DNA of 64,000 bases, taken from the human T2T-CHM13v2.0 reference genome, Homo sapiens. The translations under genes were made by a program, and so were the position numbers. The DNA is taken from the NCBI RefSeq assembly GCF_009914755.1, contig NC_060925.1; one strand, given 5' to 3'. A model generated the notes under the pieces. It did no database searches, had not been told where the DNA came from, and saw only the letters and a program-made list of their open reading frames with translations. Positions 27,441 through 37,085 of this stretch are shown in pieces (position 1 is the stretch's first letter; each line of letters opens with the position of its first letter).

Positions 27441-28739
27441 GATGAGAGGGTCAGATGAGGGGGTCAGATGAGATCAGAATGCAGTACGAATTAGAAGGAA
27501 AGGGGATATTTGGGACTGCACACCCCACACCAGACTTTGCATTTCCCTTTCACTTGCCAGTCTGCATCCTTAACCTGGAACATGATGCCTCTGCAGACCT
27601 GCCCCTAAAACAGCATTTGTCCCTGCTGCCTGTGGAAGGTCACTGATACTTTGCAGTCTGATGCCCTCACAGTCCATCTCCTGTCCTTGCTTTCCCCAAC
27701 CCATCCAGTGCCCTGGAATGCAGATTAATATCCCAGGCTACACAAGCCACAATTTGTTAACTTCCCATTTGTTTCTCCCCCTCTACATCTTTCCCTAATC
27801 ATTTGTTTCCTCCCCTATCTCTCCAACTCCTCCTTTGACTCCAGAGTTGTGCTTTATCTCCAGTGAGCTTAATGCTTCCCTGATAAGACCAGTTAATCCT
27901 CTGCTGCTCCTCTTTTGCAGAGATGGAGGAGATTAAAGGCAAAGGGTCATCTCCCTTCCAAGGGCACTCAGGACTTTAATAAAGGAACTGGATCCTGCTT
28001 TCCCATCTGATGCTCTAGATTGGCATCCCCAGTGTTTCTGCTGAGAAGCAGTTCTGGTTATTTCCAGACCGTGAGCCTCCTGATTGGAATGAAATGGAAA
28101 TGGCGGGGGGAGAATGGGTATTGGTCAAGTGGCCTGGAGACTCATCAGGCTCCCTGGACAGATGGGCTGATCTGGTCCTCGAGAGCAAAATGCCCAAATG
28201 TGTGACCATCTCTATGGTCACCAATGAAGGTCACACTTAAAGCCACACTGGGCATGTAGCAGCATGTAACTGGTAACAAAAAGGGGAGCTCTAGCTTGGG
28301 GGACATAACTGTACTAGCCAAGGCCTTTAGCCTTCTCCTCCACAAGTCCGGGATTAATGAGTTAGTGATGCAGGTGGAACAGTGCCACAACAAGGTCTCC
28401 TTGGGTACACACTGAATGCCACTTTACAGCATGTAGGTGATACGAGAGCAAGGCTTCGGTGTTTGCTGAACACCACTCCCAGTGTACAGAACACCTCAGG
28501 GAGACAGAGGAAGTGACAGAAGTAAGCCCTGTGCTGAGAAACAAACCATCTGGTGGGGTAACACAGGACAAATAACGCAAAAGCACAGCGGAGTTAAACT
28601 ATATATTAGTGCTAAGTAACTGCTGGAGTGTCTTGGGTTCAAGATCTTTGTGGGTTCAGGCTTAGGTTTAACATGAAAAGCTAACTTTGAAGAGACATTA
28701 TTTGTTGAAGAGGACAGACTATTTGAGGTCAGAAAAATA

Positions 28740-30215
28740 GTTTATTCCTTTATTTTGTATCAAATGTTTCTTGAACATCTGCTATGGGCCATGCACTGTT
28801 CATAAACAAGATGGACATGACATCTGCTTTCATGAAATTTACACTGTAATGGACAAGTCAGAAATTAAGTAAACAATTATATTCTCACTAATTATATTCT
28901 TAGTAATGGTAACCAGTATAAGAACAGCGCATCTTGAAGGAAAAGAACAGGAGGATCCCAATTTCAACTGTGAGATCAGGGATAGCCTCTCAGAGGAGAT
29001 AGCGGCTGAAACCGGAATGAGGGGCAGGAAGTAGCTAGAGCAGTGCAGGGAGGAAGCACATTTCAGATGGAGAGCGGCATATGGAAACGTTCTGAGTTGG
29101 GATAAAGTTGGTTCTTTTGAAAGACTGGAAGAAGGCTGACAAGGCTTAAGAACAGAAAATCAGAGAACAGAAAGAGATTTTCTTTCTTTTTTTTTTTTTG
29201 AAACAGACTCTCGCTCTGTCAGCCAGGCTGGAGTGTGCAATCTTGGTTCACTGCAACCTCCACCTCCCAGGCTCAAGCAATTCTCGTGCCTCAGCCACCA
29301 GAGTAAATGGGTTTACAGGCGTGTGCCACCATGCCCAGCTACTTTTTGGAATTTTTAGTAGAGATGGGGTTTCACCATATTGGTCAGGCTGGTCTTGAAC
29401 TCCTGGGCTCAAGTGATCCACCTGCCTCGGCCTCCCATGCAAGAGATTTTCCCATTTTATTCCAATTGCAATGGTAAGTTATTAAAAGGTTTAAGCAAGA
29501 AACTAATAACATCTACATTTTTAATACATCACTCTGGCTGCTATGTGGGAGGCAGACTGGAGGGGGACAAGAATGGTGGTGACAGGTTCAGTTAGAAAGT
29601 CTCTACAAGAACAGGTGACAGTTAATGGTGACATGTCCTGAGATGGTAGCAGTAGACAGAGAGAGTGGTGGCTGGATTACACACATATTCTGGAGATGGG
29701 ATCAGTAGGATTTAATGATGGGCTGGATGTGTGGGGAAGTATCTAGGGTGACATACAGATGGTTTCGCTTGAGCAACTCAAAGAGTGGAGGTGTTGTTTA
29801 CTAAGATGAAGAATGGCAAAGGTGCAGATTTAGAGTGGGAGCTATAGTGGGGATCGAGAGTTCGGGTCTGGATACCCTAAGCTTGAGATGTCTTTCATTG
29901 TGTCATGTCATCATTGTGCGAAGACACACACACATCTGGACTGGAGGTGACTGTGTATCATAGAGGTTATCTCTCACCATTAGGATGGATGAAATTACCC
30001 AAGGAAAGCATAGAACAAGAAGAAAAAAGTCCCATTAACTGTACTTTGAGGTAAGATGGAGTTACAGGAACAGCGGAAAAATAGCATAGAAGTTAAAAGA
30101 TGGGAGCAGTTCCACACAGAGAAGCCCGTCTACAAGGAATGCTGCTGAAACGGTGAGTCTCTCAAAAGTGTCTGAGGGATTCGGCAACATGGAAATCACA
30201 GACGAACTTAGCAAG
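28740..30215 (-). mobile_element. L2 (L2a-like) long 3' fragment
   Basis: Begins with the antisense L2 3' end (CAAATGTTTCTTGAACATCTGCTATGGGCCATGCACTG); typical internal motifs TCACTCTGGCTGCTATGTGG and TTGAGCAACT. Confidence 0.7.
29183..29437 (-). mobile_element. 5'-truncated Alu (old S/J) inserted into an L2
   Basis: Alu body stops at GCCTCGGCCTCCCA; TSD AAGAGATTTTC at 29172-29182 and 29441-29451. Confidence 0.88.
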
Positions 30216-33200
30216 AGCAGTTTCAGAATGGATAGAAATCAGCTTGGACTAAACTGAACAGGCAACAGAGGTGAGCGGGTACAGCCAAATCCTCAATAAT
30301 CTTGATTCTGAAGGAGGAGTAGAGGGACAGGCAGGACCTGTCTCTTGAAGCTATGACTGAGCTATGACTTCCTAAAGTTTCACACAGGCCAAACTTTTCC
30401 AAATTGGCAGTGGAGATGGTTTCCATACTATCAGCCCAGCCTGACCATTAAAAGTTCCCTTATAGCCCCAGAAGACTCAAAGAGAATGAGAAGGGGCTTT
30501 AGCTATTGCTGGTTTTCCCTGACCTTGTCTTCATCTCATTCAACCCTGGCACAAGAGCCCCATTCCTTGCTCAAATCTTACTCAGGAAACCTCTTCAGCG
30601 TTGTACTCCAGCATTCAAAACTGTTCCATTATAAACGTCTTCCACTTCTGTTGGAAAGCTTCTGCATACTCAAGAGGTATAAAGAAGATAGGAAGAGCTT
30701 CCTGACATCCTCTGTCTGGTCAAGATCTGACTTTAATCTTTTCCTTTTCCAGACTATGTTATTCTGGGCCCACCCAACAGACCCCAAGCTACCTTTCAAA
30801 CCTCATCTCCTACTGTTCTCCTTCTTGAACACTCCACTCTGGCCCACTTATGCCCCCTTAAAACACCTTCTATTTTCCTACCTCCATATTTTTGCTGGTC
30901 TTCCCCTTTGGAATTAGTCCCTCCTCCTTGCCTACCTGAATATTACCCATACCTCAGAGTTCACCTTGAGTCCATTCACCTCTAGAACACCCTGCTTGGC
31001 CCGCCAGCGCTCTCAGGCATTTCTTCCACACCACCAAAGAGCGCTGCTTTTCTCTGCATTTGTCGTCTTATAATGAGAAGCAGTGAAAACTGCCTGCATA
31101 TTCCTTTTTCTTTGGTGCTGCTGCCTGCACAGCAGAAGCATTTGGTAAATGTTTGTATATTGACAGGTTGATTGAGAGAGTCAGGAGCCCTTCCTCCCCG
31201 AGGGATGAAGACTTGCAGCAGTCTGTTCAAGGCTGCACTAGCAAGATTCACCAGGGCCAAATGAGAAATAAATAGGTGCCACAACTCTTCACCAGCCTGG
31301 TTTCTATAGAATCATTCGAGGAAGTGCCATGGAAATGAGTTCAAGTTCAAATTAAGCTCTGGCCATCATAGCCATCAACTATTTCAAATGTTCTTTTAGA
31401 AGCCTACCCCTTCTTGGAAAAGTTTACAATTTAAACCACAAAACCTCAGGCTTTCTTTCAATCCTGTAAACAGGAGTTTCTTGCCATTTTATGTTGTGGA
31501 TTTCCTCTGGCACAATCCTTTTCAAAATATTGAAAAGGCAGTTTTCTAATCCAAACCCTTTCACCATATTGTGGTTCATGTGACAGAACACTGCACAGAG
31601 GTGAAAAATCACTCCATGCTATTTTTTACAATCCAGATATTGGCTAAAGTAGACATAATAACTAATAGACTGCAGCAACTTTCATGCAATATGAATTCCC
31701 ATTAAAAAGTTTACACTAGCAAAATTTTCCAGGCATAAATATCTTGTGGAAATTGGTTCATTCAAATTTGGGCTCCAAAGTGGCCTTTAACACATAGCAA
31801 TTATTGCAACCATGAAGAAACAGGTAGACTGTGGACACAAATCTATAATAATATGCTTTATGATTTATTGGGGGTCTATTTTTGCTCTCCTACATCTACA
31901 TGAAAACCAAGAATCTTAAAATATCAAAAGTGGCAGTTTAAAAACAAAACCACTTTCCAAATCCCAAATGCAAGGATTCAGTGGGGAAGGGTCAGGAATC
32001 CTGTCACTGATTCATATCCATTAAAGTTGGTTCCAGTGAGGACATACCTTCCCTATAGATTCCAGGAAGTTCAACTACCATGTCTGTTTATATCTCAACT
32101 TGACTTCTCCTAAGGTAAAGTAAGTTTTACGGAAATAATTCTGTATTTATATATTTGCTTTTACTTATTCATAAGAGATTTGAGGCAACAGAGAGTTCCG
32201 CTGTGCAGTCTTGGGAAAAGTGAGGCTGCTTCTGCACAGTCACTCCTGGCTTCCTCTACCAGGGGCCCCAGGCTGCTGTGGGGAGCACTTGCTGTCCTCC
32301 AGCAACCCACTGCCATCAGGGTGAGGCCAGGGAAATGAGAGGAAGGGCTCTTGCCCTGCCTGTGGCTTTCTCTGACTTGGCTGGAAACAATGGATTTATT
32401 TTAAAAAGCAGTTTTAAGAGACACATGTGTTCACATATAATCATTCTTTTGAGGGTATGTCAGTTTTTAAATGGCATGATTCGCCCCAAATAAAATATCC
32501 CCCATTTCTCACATCTAGCTGTCTTCTCTGGAAGAATACAGTGTGCTGAGGCATATTGGAAACTGGGCCTCACATTTCTTCACTAGGAATTGAGTTTTCT
32601 CAAGGATTAAGCTTTTGTGCTTAAAGAGAAAAGTGCAAAATCTTTGGGAGGAAAAAAGGAAAACAACGACCTGTCAAATTTCTTTTAGCGCCTATGACTA
32701 GTGTTAACTGACATGCTCTCAGAGTGCAATAAAAAGCCTGCAAACTGCTGCTAAAAAGATGGTTTGACCTTTTAAAATGGGAACTCCCCCACCCCATATC
32801 CATATTAAATAGACGAACCTTGGGAGCTCTAGAGTTTTAGATTAATAAGTGAAATGAGGTTGAATTTCCAGAAAAAGGGTTTCCCTGTAGGCTGCAGACT
32901 GGCTAATTAGGGTGTTCTAGACCTACATTGTAACAGCAGGTAGAAGGCAGGCCCTAAACCTTTTAGCTATTGTCGTTGCCACCTGCTCAGAGTCTAGTTC
33001 TGAAAGGAGGCGGGTGCGGAGTTATGAAAATTTGGTAAATATAAAAGTCCCGGACGCGACCGCCCGTAGCCTGCGGCCCCTGGCGGTTGAGGAGCCGCGG
33101 CGATCCTTGGTCTTCACCGCAGCAGCCAAGCCCGGCGCGCACCAACCGGCGCTGCTGAAAGTTGGAGAGCTCCCAGCTCGCCGATAGAATTCGGCGGTGG

Positions 33201-34008
33201 GCGCCAGGGGAATCCCTTCCAGTGCCGCAATTAGGAAAGTTTTAAAAACTAAGGACCCTAGACAGACAAGAGATCCATCCTTTCCTTTAGCATAAGAAAC
33301 ACCCCGCGCCGCGCCAGCCGAACGCTGCTCGCACAAGGCTATCCGCCCTTCTTGGCCGGGACGCACTCGGTGCCTTCCAGCTCCCCACCAGAACTGGTCC
33401 AGGGGGCGCGGAAACAGAGAGGCAACTGTGTCCGGCTTGTGGTTCCAGACGGAAACGCCTCCGGGCTCCCTGGCCCGGGGGACAAGGGTTCGAAACTTCA
33501 ACAGTCGCGAGGGCAAGGACAGAACTACCAACTCCCGCTCGGATGCCCGGGACCTGCTCTTCCAAGCCCGCTCCGGTTTCTCCAAAGGACGCGCGGCACA
33601 GCCCATGCGCCCCCGGCACTCCACTCCACTCCTCTATGGTTTCCCCCAAACTCTTCCCGGGGAGCCCCACAAAGCACAGACGGCGCCCTGAAACTCGCCA
33701 GGCACTCGCCAGCCATCCCCACCTCCGCCTCTCGAACCCTCCTTGTCGCGTTCTTCCCGCCCCGCACCTTTCTCCTCGCGTTTCTGGGAAGTCAGAAGCA
33801 AACCACGAGAAAATGCCTTCGCAAGGAGCCTCCCTACACCCGCCCTGTCACTGAAACAAAAGCGTAGGGAGGAGGGAGGTGGGAGAGGAGGCGGGAGGAA
33901 GGTTTAGAAAGACGATGGGGACAGCAGTAGGAAGGAGCTGGGGAGGGGGGTCAAGGTGGCAAGCAGAGCTGGGGGCCCAGAGTCCGCTCCCGTGCCGCGC
34001 GGCGAGTC

Positions 34009-34017
34009 GCTTACATG
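34009..34017 (-). other. FAM78B: 5' splice donor of FAM78B exon 1 (phase 2)
   Basis: Minus strand reads CAT|GTAAGC with GT at 34014-34013; the frame would otherwise stop immediately at TAA. Confidence 0.93.
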
Positions 34018-34277
34018 CCCAGGTCGCTGTAGGTGTTGAAGAACTCCATCTGATTGCACGCCTGAATCCAGCCCACCACCCAGGTCTCGTGGCGGGGGAT
34101 GGGGGGCATGACCACGCGGGCGGAGGCTTTGAAGTAGGGGGTCTTGTAGCGCAGGACGATGGGCGAGGTCTCCTCGATGCGCGTGGGGCACTGGTCGATG
34201 GTGGCGCACACATCGTACACCACGATGTTCTCGCGCCGGATCCGCGCCTTGCAGGTGATGCTTTGGATACAGCCCAT
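34015..34277 (-). CDS. FAM78B: FAM78B first coding exon (87 codons + 2 nt); remainder of the CDS lies beyond the left edge of the window
   Basis: ATG at 34277 in strong context (gcAGGATGG). Translation MGCIQSITCKARIRRENIVVYDVCATIDQCPTRIEETSPIVLRYKTPYFKASARVVMPPIPRHETWVVGWIQACNQMEFFNTYSDLG(M) matches the FAM78B N-terminus as I recall it and differs from FAM78A (MGCIQSIGGKARVFREG). Ends at a canonical donor; lies in a CpG island. Confidence 0.96.
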
Positions 34278-34349
34278 CCTGCAGCCCGGTGCCGGCACGG
34301 CGCGGCGTGGGGCAGCGCGGGGGCCCGCGCGGGCAGCCGGGGGCGCCCG

Positions 34350-34361
34350 TCACGCCGGCAT
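34350..34361 (-). other. Minimal uORF M-P-A-stop, in frame with the FAM78B CDS
   Basis: gtcGCC ATG CCG GCG TGA; ATG is 84 nt upstream of the main ATG. Confidence 0.7.
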
Positions 34362-34390
34362 GGCGACGCGCCGCTCGCTCCCGGTCAGAC

Positions 34391-34426
34391 TCAGCTCGCA
34401 CCTAGGAGCGGGGAGCCGCCGGGCAT
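34391..34426 (-). other. uORF MPGGSPLLGAS* (11 aa, out of frame)
   Basis: ccaAGG ATG CCC...AGC TGA, A at -3. Confidence 0.55.
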
Positions 34427-34531
34427 CCTTGGGGAAGCCCCCTCCTCTTGCAGCCGCGCGGGGTCCCCGCTGCCCCGACGTCCGCCCACGCCCGCCCCCT
34501 CGCTCCGGCAGGGCGCGCGGAGGGTGCACTC

Positions 34532-34765
34532 CTAGGAGGCGGCGGGTGCCCTCGCCGGCTCCAGCGCCCGGGCGGAGGGCAGGGAGGGGAGCGGCGCTGC
34601 GAGGAATGGTGCCCACCCCGGGCCGGAGCCCCCCGCCCCTCGCCGGAGAGGAGGAGGCGGCAGCGGCGGCGGCATGGAGCCGGGGGAGGGCGGCGGTGGC
34701 AGCGCCCGGTCTGTCTGCCTCCGCGGCGGCAGCAGCAGCAGCCGCCGCCGCCGCCGCCGCTGCAT
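34532..34765 (-). other. 77-aa uORF (MQRRRRRRLLLLPPRR...) with a second in-frame ATG at 34675
   Basis: ATG at 34765 directly before (CGG)6(CTG)4; TAG at 34534-34532. Exists only if the TSS is upstream of it. Confidence 0.45.
34723..34764. repeat. Compound GCN trinucleotide tract; contains (CGG)6(CTG)4(CCG)2 on the FAM78B sense strand
   Basis: + strand GCG GCG (GCA)4 (GCC)6 GCT GCA. Confidence 0.9.
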
Positions 34766-35039
34766 GAACCTCTGCACCACGGCTGCCCCCCGCGTGCAGC
34801 GCACCCAGCGGCGGGCGAGCGGGCGGCCCAAGAGGCAGGCGGAGGCAGCAGCGGCGGCGGCGGCGACCGGAGCTCCCGCCGGCCCCGCCCCGTAGCCGGA
34901 CCACACCGACACTCCTCGGCCCGGCTGCCTCGGCCCGGGGGGCGCCAGGAGGCTGTGGCCCGGGGTGGAGAGCCCCAACGGCTGGAGCAGCACAGGACGT
35001 GCTCCGCGGAGGAAACTGGCTGTACGCCATGAGTTTTGT

Positions 35040-35250
35040 CCCTATTCGGCTGCCGTCCGGGTGGGGGGGGGTAATGTGTAAGGGTGGGGGTGTTTAAAGG
35101 GCCGCTAGCGCCGGGGTGGGGCCCCGCACGTGGGGCTGAGGCGGGGCGGGGCCCTGGTAGGTGGTGCCCTGGGGTGGGGGTGGGGGACTAGGGCGGGCCC
35201 AAGCGCCACCGGGTGGGTGAGGCCGAGCAGGGCGCGGCGCTGTCCAGAGT
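35040..35250 (-). promoter_or_regulatory. FAM78B: FAM78B proximal promoter
   Basis: Tandem GC boxes GAGGCGGGGCGGGGCC (35138-35153), E-box CACGTG (35127-35132), several GGGGTGGGG (KLF/CACCC) boxes, TTTAAA at 35093-35098. Confidence 0.7.
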
Positions 35251-35992
35251 CCAGTGGGGAACCCGGTAGCCCAGTAGGGGCTGTAGAGTGAGTGTTTCGG
35301 GCAGCAGAAGGGTTAGGGGAACAGCTTTATCAGAGATTGGTCGTTATTCAGAATATAGCTTGTTGGATTAGATTTAGGCTTGAGCCCTTTTAGTATCCTA
35401 CCTTCAGAAAGGGTGAAGGGCGGGCTCCAGCAGCGTTACTAAATGCAGTGTATTTGCCTCTTTGCCTGACTGGGTTTGTTCTGGAAGCTCTTCTTTCCAC
35501 CACTGTGTGTAGTGGGGATACCGGAAGAATCCCTCCGTACTCCAGCACTAAGTCTCTCATATGCCAGAGTTTTGGCAGACATTGGGCATTGTGTACAGTA
35601 TGACCACGGTCATGTGTCTGATACTGCAGTCTAATGTGCCAAACAGGAAGAATATTTAGCAGATGCTTTTACTAGGCATCTTCTTACATTTTTATTTTCA
35701 AAGCCAATAGCTTCTAAGTATTTCTTCTGCGATCATTGAACATTTGCTGGATCTGCTGCCCAAGTGTGAAATACTGACTAACAGGCCGCAGGAGGTGCTA
35801 GAGTTAGTCTTTAGCTAGGACAGGTGTGACGAGTAATTTAAAAATTGATTGAGATCTAAAAGCACTCTTCATCCTTGTTTTAACTGTTCTGACACCTTGG
35901 TTCACTTTATAGTTAACAAAAAAGCAGTTTTTCCCTTTGATGACTCGTCTCTCTCATTTTACCGTGTAGCCACAGACCTCAATCACTGGTCC

Positions 35993-36400
35993 TTTCATTC
36001 AGCAAAGGCTGACTGCCTGCCTGGCAGGAGCCAAACATAGTGCTAGGTACTAGGGATTCAAAGTTGAAAAAGAGCACATGGATCACTGGAGAAAATAAAC
36101 CTGTTAACAAGTTATTATAGTAAACTGTGACACCTGCTTTAGTGGGGTTGTGTATCCAGTGCCGTGGAAGGCCAGACATGTAAATCTCTGGCCACATGTA
36201 AATCCCTCAGTGGTCAGAGAGCCACTCAGTGGCTCTCTGGCCACTGAGAGATTTACGTGTGACTTTGCTCAAGTAGTGACATTTAAATTGAATACTGACA
36301 GACTGTAGAGTCTCACTGAAAAGAGAAAGGTGAATGAGTAGTACAGGACCAGCATTTGGCAAATGCAAAATGCATAGAGATATGAAAGAACTCATCCTGT
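35993..36400 (-). mobile_element. L2 3' fragment hosting the fold-back hairpin
   Basis: TTCATTCAGCAAA...AGTGCTAGGTACTAGGGATTCAAAG...AAGTAGTGACATTTAAATTGA. Confidence 0.55.
36193..36261. repeat. 33-bp-arm inverted repeat with 3-nt spacer
   Basis: 30 of 33 positions Watson-Crick complementary, checked base by base. Confidence 0.93.
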
Positions 36401-36529
36401 ACTGAGGGGGAGAAACAACTCACAGTCAAGGCATTTCTCAAGGTGTTATGTGTCGACCATGGGCATCAGAATCACTGTCCAAGAATCAATTGGTTGTTGA
36501 TAGACCATATCTTTTTTCTTTTTAAAATT

Positions 36530-36893
36530 AAGACTACAGACTTTATTTTGATTTTACTAGTTTTTCCACTAATGTCTTTTTTTCTCTAGAATCTAATCCA
36601 AGATATGATGTTGCATTTAGTCATTACATCTCCTTATTCTTCTCAATCTGTGACAGCTTCTCAGTCTTTCTCTGTTTTTCATGACCTTGACATTTTTAAA
36701 GAGGACTGGTCAGATATTCTGTAGAATTGTTCCTCATTTGCATTTATCTGATGTTTCCTCATGATTAGACCAGGGTTTTGGATTTGGGGGATGAATACCA
36801 TGAAGATGAAGTGCCTTCTCATTGCATTATGTCAGGGGTACATGATAGCAATATGACTTTTTACTGGTGTTATTAACCTTGATCACTGGGTTT
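36530..36893 (-). mobile_element. Old L1 3' end (L1MC4/5-like)
   Basis: TTGCATTTAGTCATTACATCTCCTT...CATGACCTTGACATTTTTAAAGAGGACTGGTCAG...TTTCCTCATGATTAGA...TTAACCTTGATCAC. Confidence 0.7.
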
Positions 36894-36902
36894 GGTGAAT
36901 AA

Positions 36903-37085
36903 TTTTTTTAACTTTTAGGTTCAGAGGTACAGGTGCAGGTTTGTTATATAGGTAAATTGCATGTCATAGGGGTTTGTTGGACAGATTATTTTATCACCCT
37001 GGTAATGAGGATAGTACCCAATAGGTATTTTTTTTTTATCCTCTGCCTCCTCCTACCCTTCACCCTCTAGTAGGGCCCAGTGTCT
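36903..37085 (-). mobile_element. L1PA15/16-like 3' end
   Basis: TTTTAGGTTCAGAGGTACAGGTGCAGGTTTGTTATATAGGTAAATTGCATGTC...GTACCCAATAGGTA. Confidence 0.8.

Larger units (their letters stand above)
34278..35030 (-). other. FAM78B: Probable GC-rich 5' UTR of FAM78B exon 1 (TSS not determinable from sequence)
   Basis: Continuous GC-rich sequence between the start codon and the GC-box/CACCC promoter cluster at 35040-35250. Confidence 0.6.
33010..35260. promoter_or_regulatory. CpG island over FAM78B promoter, exon 1 and start of intron 1
   Basis: Sharp rise in GC and CpG density relative to the CpG-depleted flanks. Confidence 0.92.

Noticed and set aside
33022-35032. Many overlapping 100-226-aa ORFs on both strands
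   Set aside because: Stop-poor GC-rich shadow ORFs of the CpG island with low-complexity R/A/P/G content. Only the FAM78B frame is recognisable; uORFs are treated separately.
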